DNA from: an uncultured Acidobacteriota bacterium
GTDB lineage: Bacteria > Acidobacteriota > Thermoanaerobaculia > Thermoanaerobaculales > Sulfomarinibacteraceae
Length of the DNA: 64,000 nucleotides
Direction: 5' to 3'
Assembly (NCBI GenBank): GCA_963814875.1
Contig: CAWFFJ010000015.1
Span: 138,908-202,907, forward strand
Under the pieces are notes generated by a model that saw only the letters and a program-made list of their open reading frames with translations, was not told the DNA's origin and did no database searches. Both the position numbers and the translations under genes were made by a program. Positions 60,008 through 64,000 of this stretch are shown here, piece by piece. Each line of letters starts with the position of its first letter. Within the stretch, counting starts at the first letter, position 1.

Positions 60008-60655
60008 GTGGGTACCGAGACGACCGACCGGCTGTGCATTGGCGTCGCCGGCGGCACCGGTTCGGGCAAGACGACCATCGCCGACGAGATCGTCCGCCGG
60101 GTCGGCCGCGAGCGGATTGCGGTCGTCAACCACGATCGCTACTACCGCGACCTCTCCGAGGTCGACGAGTCGATGCGTCCTCGCCACAACTTCGACCACC
60201 CCAACGCGCTCGAGACCTCGCTGATGATCGAGCACGTGCGTCTCCTGCGGGCTGGACAGCCGGCGCCGTTGCCGGTCTACGACTTCACGCGGCACGTGCG
60301 CCTCGAACAGGTCGAGTGGGTCGAGCCGCGCTCGGTGATCCTCGTCGAAGGCATCCTGATCCTGTGGGAGCCGGTCCTGCGCGAGCTCCTGGACATCAAG
60401 ATCTTCGTCGACACGGACGCCGACATTCGGTTCATCCGCCGGCTCGGCCGGGACGTGCGCGAGCGCGGCCGCTCCGTCGACAGCGTCGTAGACCAGTACC
60501 TGGGCTCCGTGCGGCCGATGCACCTGGAGTTCGTCGAGCCGTCGCGGCGGTGGGCGGACGTGATCATTCCCGAGGGAGGGTTCAACCGGGTCGCGCTCGA
60601 CCTCGTCATCAGCCGTGTGGAACAGCTCGCGGGGGTTCGAGGGGCTGGCGCGTGA
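60008..60655 (+). CDS. udk: uridine kinase
   Basis: IGVAGGTGSGKTTIA P-loop. YYRD...NFDHPNALE...VILVEGILI...DTDADIRFIRRLGRD are Udk hallmarks. Confidence 0.9.
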   Translation: MGTETTDRLCIGVAGGTGSGKTTIADEIVRRVGRERIAVVNHDRYYRDLSEVDESMRPRHNFDHPNALETSLMIEHVRLLRAGQPAPLPVYDFTRHVRLEQVEWVEPRSVILVEGILILWEPVLRELLDIKIFVDTDADIRFIRRLGRDVRERGRSVDSVVDQYLGSVRPMHLEFVEPSRRWADVIIPEGGFNRVALDLVISRVEQLAGVRGAGA

Positions 60656-60733
60656 GCCCGCACCTGTGGTCGGCGTTTGGTCATACCACGCCCTATGCAA
60701 CCGGCCCCGGACTCCAGTAGAGTTGCAAGGACC

Positions 60734-61996
60734 ATGCGCCGAATCATCACCGTGTCGTCCGGGAAGGGGGGCGTCGGCAAGACCACCTTCGCGGTCAATT
60801 TCGCTCTCACCCTGTCACGGGTGGCGCCGACCATACTGGTCGATCTCGATACGGGAACGTCCTCGGTCCGCAACACGCTCGACGTCCCGATCGGCTCCGA
60901 TCTCTACCACTTCTTCCGTCGCGGCCGACGCCTCGACGAGTGTCTGACCCCGCTCGACCGCCGGATCGATCCCGGCGGCATGTTCCGCAACTTTGCCTTC
61001 GTCGCCGCCCCACGCAACGCCATTGACGAAATCACCAACCTCTCCGACAGCGCACGCTGGCAGCTCGTGCACGCCATCAACGAGCTTCCCGCGACCTTCA
61101 TCGTGCTCGACCTACGCGCCGGTCTCGACGCCAACGTCATCGACTTCCTGCCGCTGTCGAACTCTGGCGTCCTGGTCTTCACCCCCCATCACCCGGCCGC
61201 CACCATGGCGGCTGCCGACATCGTCAAGAGTCTCCTGTTCCGAAAGCTGCGCTTCCTGTTCTCGGAGGACTCGCCGATGTTCGGCCGCTCGGGCGACCGC
61301 CGCCAGCACCGACTCGTGAACGAGTTGCTCGACCAGGTCGAGGACGTGTACGAAGAACGGCTGCCGAACCTCGACGTGTTCCTGCGCGACCTGCTCGAGT
61401 CGCTCGGCGAGAGCCGCTACCTGCACGCGATCGCCGACGTGGTCCACTCCTTCGGGGTGTACTTCGTACTCAACATGTTCAACGGCGTACGCGAGTCCTA
61501 CGAAGGAGCAATCCAACCGTTCGTGCAGTACCTGACCCGTCACGTGTCGTCGAAGCTGCGCCTGACCAACCTCGGCTGGGTCGTCCAGGACGAGCTCATC
61601 CACCGGGCCAACTGCGAGCGGCGCCCAATTCTGCTGCAGCCGATCCGGCGCCCCGCCGAGCGGCCGATCGACCCGGTGCTGGCCGAGCTCGCCGACCTCG
61701 AAAGCGCCGTGCTCGGCCTGCCCAAGCCCGCGGAGGTGCAGCCCGGACCCATCAACCGGCGCGACGAGATCCTGCACATCGATCCGCAGGCGGCGCTGTC
61801 ACGCCAGCTCGAGATCCTGCAGCAGATGTACCACGCGAGCGGAGCGATGCAGGTCCGTGACAACTTTGCCTACATCACCCATCGGGCGCTGCATCTCGCA
61901 CGCTCTCTCCCGCCGTCAGCCTTCGGCCAAGCTCAGCTGGCGACCCCTCTCGACATGCTTCAGCAGCTCTTTCCGGAGCAGAAGCCGCGGCTCTAG
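60734..61996 (+). CDS. MinD/ParA-family P-loop ATPase with a long C-terminal extension
   Basis: ATG 60734. The deviant Walker A is SSGKGGVGKTTFAVN and Walker B is FIVLDLRAG. About 170 extra C-terminal residues have no recognised domain. Confidence 0.75.
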   Translation: MRRIITVSSGKGGVGKTTFAVNFALTLSRVAPTILVDLDTGTSSVRNTLDVPIGSDLYHFFRRGRRLDECLTPLDRRIDPGGMFRNFAFVAAPRNAIDEITNLSDSARWQLVHAINELPATFIVLDLRAGLDANVIDFLPLSNSGVLVFTPHHPAATMAAADIVKSLLFRKLRFLFSEDSPMFGRSGDRRQHRLVNELLDQVEDVYEERLPNLDVFLRDLLESLGESRYLHAIADVVHSFGVYFVLNMFNGVRESYEGAIQPFVQYLTRHVSSKLRLTNLGWVVQDELIHRANCERRPILLQPIRRPAERPIDPVLAELADLESAVLGLPKPAEVQPGPINRRDEILHIDPQAALSRQLEILQQMYHASGAMQVRDNFAYITHRALHLARSLPPSAFGQAQLATPLDMLQQLFPEQKPRL

Positions 61997-62080
61997 GCAT
62001 TCATGTCGCATCGGCCCAGCGGTGACGATCTGCATCCGCCGATGCCGCTCGACGGGCCAGGTGCGGCAGGAATGCCTATG

Positions 62081-62431
62081 TCAGATTGACCTGGTATCAC
62101 GCACGATCGGCGGTCGTCGGCGTCGGCGCAGGTGGAGCTCCTCTTCCTTGAACATGAACTTGATGGCGTGCTTGAACAAGAGCAGGTTGGGCGCGTCCGT
62201 CCGGTTGAGCTTGACGCAGGTCTTGTCGTACCACTCGATCCAGCCGGTCAGCTCCGTCCCGTCGAGGAGCACCACGACCATCGAGGTCCTATTCTGCATC
62301 TGTTTGAGGTAGTAGAAGTTCTCAGCGTTCGTCTGCTCCGCCGGAACCTGCTTACGCCGGCCCGTGGCGCGGGTTGGAAACCGCTCCATCATCTCGTTCA
62401 TCGACGGTCGGATCAGCTTGCGATCGGGCAT
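62081..62431 (-). CDS. Hfq-like Sm-fold RNA-binding protein with N-terminal extension and basic C-tail
   Basis: ATG 62431. NFYYLKQMQNRTSMVVVLLDGTELTGWIEWYDKTCVKLNRTDAPNLLLFKHAIKFM parallels Hfq in its Sm1 V-x-V-x-L-x-x-G-x-x-L-x-G-x-I-x-x-x-D and Sm2 (Y/F)KHAI motifs. Confidence 0.6.
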   Translation of the reverse strand: MPDRKLIRPSMNEMMERFPTRATGRRKQVPAEQTNAENFYYLKQMQNRTSMVVVLLDGTELTGWIEWYDKTCVKLNRTDAPNLLLFKHAIKFMFKEEELHLRRRRRPPIVRDTRSI

Positions 62432-62586
62432 CGGTGCTCCCCCTGCCCCTGAAGATGGTGCGTGGCCACCGGCATGTGATCGGTTCTGAGAAGCAAAACT
62501 CGCGCCAGAAGCCTGTGATCGGTCGGATGTCTGACCTATCATACCGGCATTGGCGGGACGAGGGAACCGGTGCTCCGGACGCGCCG

Positions 62587-63315
62587 TCAGCCCTGCGCCT
62601 CGACCGCTACCACTTCGGGTCCGGCGCTTCGGTGGGCGCGCTGGGGGTAGAGTTCGACCTCGTGCGCGAGACAGCACATCAGGCGGCCACACAGGCCGGA
62701 GATCTTGGCCGGGTTGAGGCTCAGGTTCTGGCGCTTCGCCATCCGGACGGTCACCGAGTGGAAGCGCGCCATAAAGGTGGAGCAGCACAGGCTGCGGCCG
62801 CACGGGCCGAGCCCGCCGCAGGCTTTGGCGCCGTCGCGAACGCCGTGTGGTCGCATTTCGATCCGGCGCCGGAAGCGGCCGCCGAGCTCTTTCAGGAGGG
62901 GGCGAAAGTCGACCCGTTGCTCGGCCGTAAACGACACGATGGCCTTGCGTCCAGAGAGCGGAATCCACACCTTGAGGGGCTTGATCTCGAGGCCCAATGC
63001 TCTCACGCGCTGGCGGAGGTAGGACTCTATGTCGGCCTCGAGGGTGGCGAACGAGCGCTGACGCTCGAGATCCTCCTCCGTGGCACACCGAAGGACTCGG
63101 CCGCCCTCCTGGAGGGGATCGCGCAGGACGGGACAGCAGAAGCTGGTGGCGTGGCCGACGAAAAGCCCTTCAGGCAGCTCGATCACGTAGGGCTCACCAT
63201 GGATCAGCTCGAGAGATCCGGCTCGGCACGGGATCGCGGGCACATCGGGATCGACCACGACACGCACCCAGTCTTCGTGAACCGACGCGACGGCCCGGGG
63301 ACAGGCGCAAGTCAT
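62587..63315 (-). CDS. PSP1-domain protein (RicT/YaaT-like)
   Basis: ATG 63315 overlaps the purE stop (ATGA). FTAEQRVDFRPLLKELGGRFRRRIEMRPHGVRDGAKACGGLGPCGRSLCCSTF...GLCGRLMCCL is the PSP1 C-terminal Cys-rich signature. Confidence 0.85.
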   Translation of the reverse strand: MTCACPRAVASVHEDWVRVVVDPDVPAIPCRAGSLELIHGEPYVIELPEGLFVGHATSFCCPVLRDPLQEGGRVLRCATEEDLERQRSFATLEADIESYLRQRVRALGLEIKPLKVWIPLSGRKAIVSFTAEQRVDFRPLLKELGGRFRRRIEMRPHGVRDGAKACGGLGPCGRSLCCSTFMARFHSVTVRMAKRQNLSLNPAKISGLCGRLMCCLAHEVELYPQRAHRSAGPEVVAVEAQG

Positions 63316-63830
63316 GGCTGAAGCTCCCCAGTGCATGCGGCGCGGATGTCGCGGTCGCTGCTCTCGACCGCGGCTGCGCCCTCGCGCCGCTGTGCTGCGA
63401 GCGCCTCGGCCACGTCGGGACGATCGAGGGCGACGATCTGGGCCGCGAAATGCGCGGCGTTTCTTGCGCCGGCCGAACCGACGGCGAAGGTTGCAACCGG
63501 AACGCCCGCCGGCATCTGGACGGTGGACAGCAGCGCGTCGACACCATCGAGAACTCCGCCGGGAAGGGGCACTCCGAGCACCGGCCGGAGCGTGTGCGCG
63601 GCGACCACCCCGGCGAGGTGGGCCGCCATGCCGGCGGCGCAGATGAAGACGCGGCACCCGGCGGCGTCCGCTTTGCGGACCAGCTCCACAGTCCGCTCGG
63701 GGGTCCGGTGGGCGGAGCTGACGTGAACCGTGAAGCGCAATCCGAGCCGGGACAGCACCGTAGTGGCCGGCTCGAGGTACTTCCAGTCGCTGGCGGACCC
63801 CATCAGAACGAGCACGTCACTCGGCGTCAC
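63312..63830 (-). CDS. purE: 5-(carboxyamino)imidazole ribonucleotide mutase
   Basis: VLVLMGSASDW...VSSAHRTPER...AAGMAAHLAGVVAA are PurE motifs. The start is taken as GTG 63830, overlapping the purD 3' end. The track ORF extends to 63869. Confidence 0.85.
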   Translation of the reverse strand: MTPSDVLVLMGSASDWKYLEPATTVLSRLGLRFTVHVSSAHRTPERTVELVRKADAAGCRVFICAAGMAAHLAGVVAAHTLRPVLGVPLPGGVLDGVDALLSTVQMPAGVPVATFAVGSAGARNAAHFAAQIVALDRPDVAEALAAQRREGAAAVESSDRDIRAACTGELQP

Positions 63831-64000
63831 CGGCGCCTCCCGCGAGCTTGGCCAGGGAGTCCGCACCAATGTCGGTGCGGTAGTGTCGACCGTCGAAAGC
63901 GATCTTCTCCACCCCTCGGTAGGCGGTGGCCACGGCCTCCGCGAGGTCGCTGCCGCGCCCGCACACGGACAGGACCCGTCCGCCGGAGGTCACCAGGCGG
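63818..64000 (-). CDS. purD: phosphoribosylamine-glycine ligase, C-terminal fragment (5' end beyond the right edge)
   Basis: Manual reverse translation gives ...RLVTSGGRVLSVCGRGSDLAEAVATAYRGVEKIAFDGRHYRTDIGADSLAKLAGGAGDAE-stop (TGA at 63820-63818). GGRVL...A...AY...I.F.G..YR.DIG is the PurD C-domain pattern. Confidence 0.7.

Overview
A 64-kb, very G+C-rich bacterial chromosomal segment (spot counts on single 60-nt lines give about 75% in ordinary genes). It probably comes from a diderm bacterium, since it encodes OMPLA, an LpoB-like lipoprotein and an outer-membrane beta-barrel protein. I recognise about 50 protein genes and no rRNA, tRNA or CRISPR array. Ordinary transport and metabolic genes (pit plus DUF47, mgtE, nhaA, glgP, tyrA plus aminotransferase, udk, purE/purD) surround two notable regions. 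(1) 6.2-32 kb holds a Mo-hydroxylase / hydantoinase / SsnA / YgfK-like / YgeY / YgeW purine-catabolism cluster resembling the E. coli ygeW...xdhD neighbourhood. It carries five copies of an inverted-repeat element whose arms are 8-nt-periodic arrays, (CACCAAGA)n or (CACNGAGN)n. One copy carries a GxxExxY PD-(D/E)XK nuclease gene and three are empty or relic. One composite pair (12786-12865 / 19539-19632) brackets a 6.8-kb defence cassette. The cassette holds darT-darG, a free TIR gene, and translationally coupled to it a 1370-aa TIR-like/NACHT/pentapeptide/9xWD40 NLR-type STAND protein. The WD40 units of that protein are near-identical 126-bp repeats with hypervariable codons. This TIR+NLR module inside an IR-bounded cassette is my best candidate for an undescribed system. 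(2) 48.9-57.8 kb holds FHA-GGDEF, FHA-GAF-PP2C, a metallophosphoesterase and two Npt-like MFS proteins, one fused to HEAT repeats and a cNMP-binding domain. Five genes show single-base (+1) frame disruptions that may be assembly errors. All calls rest on reading the supplied ORF translations and the DNA by eye. No searches were run, and start codons and family names are best estimates.
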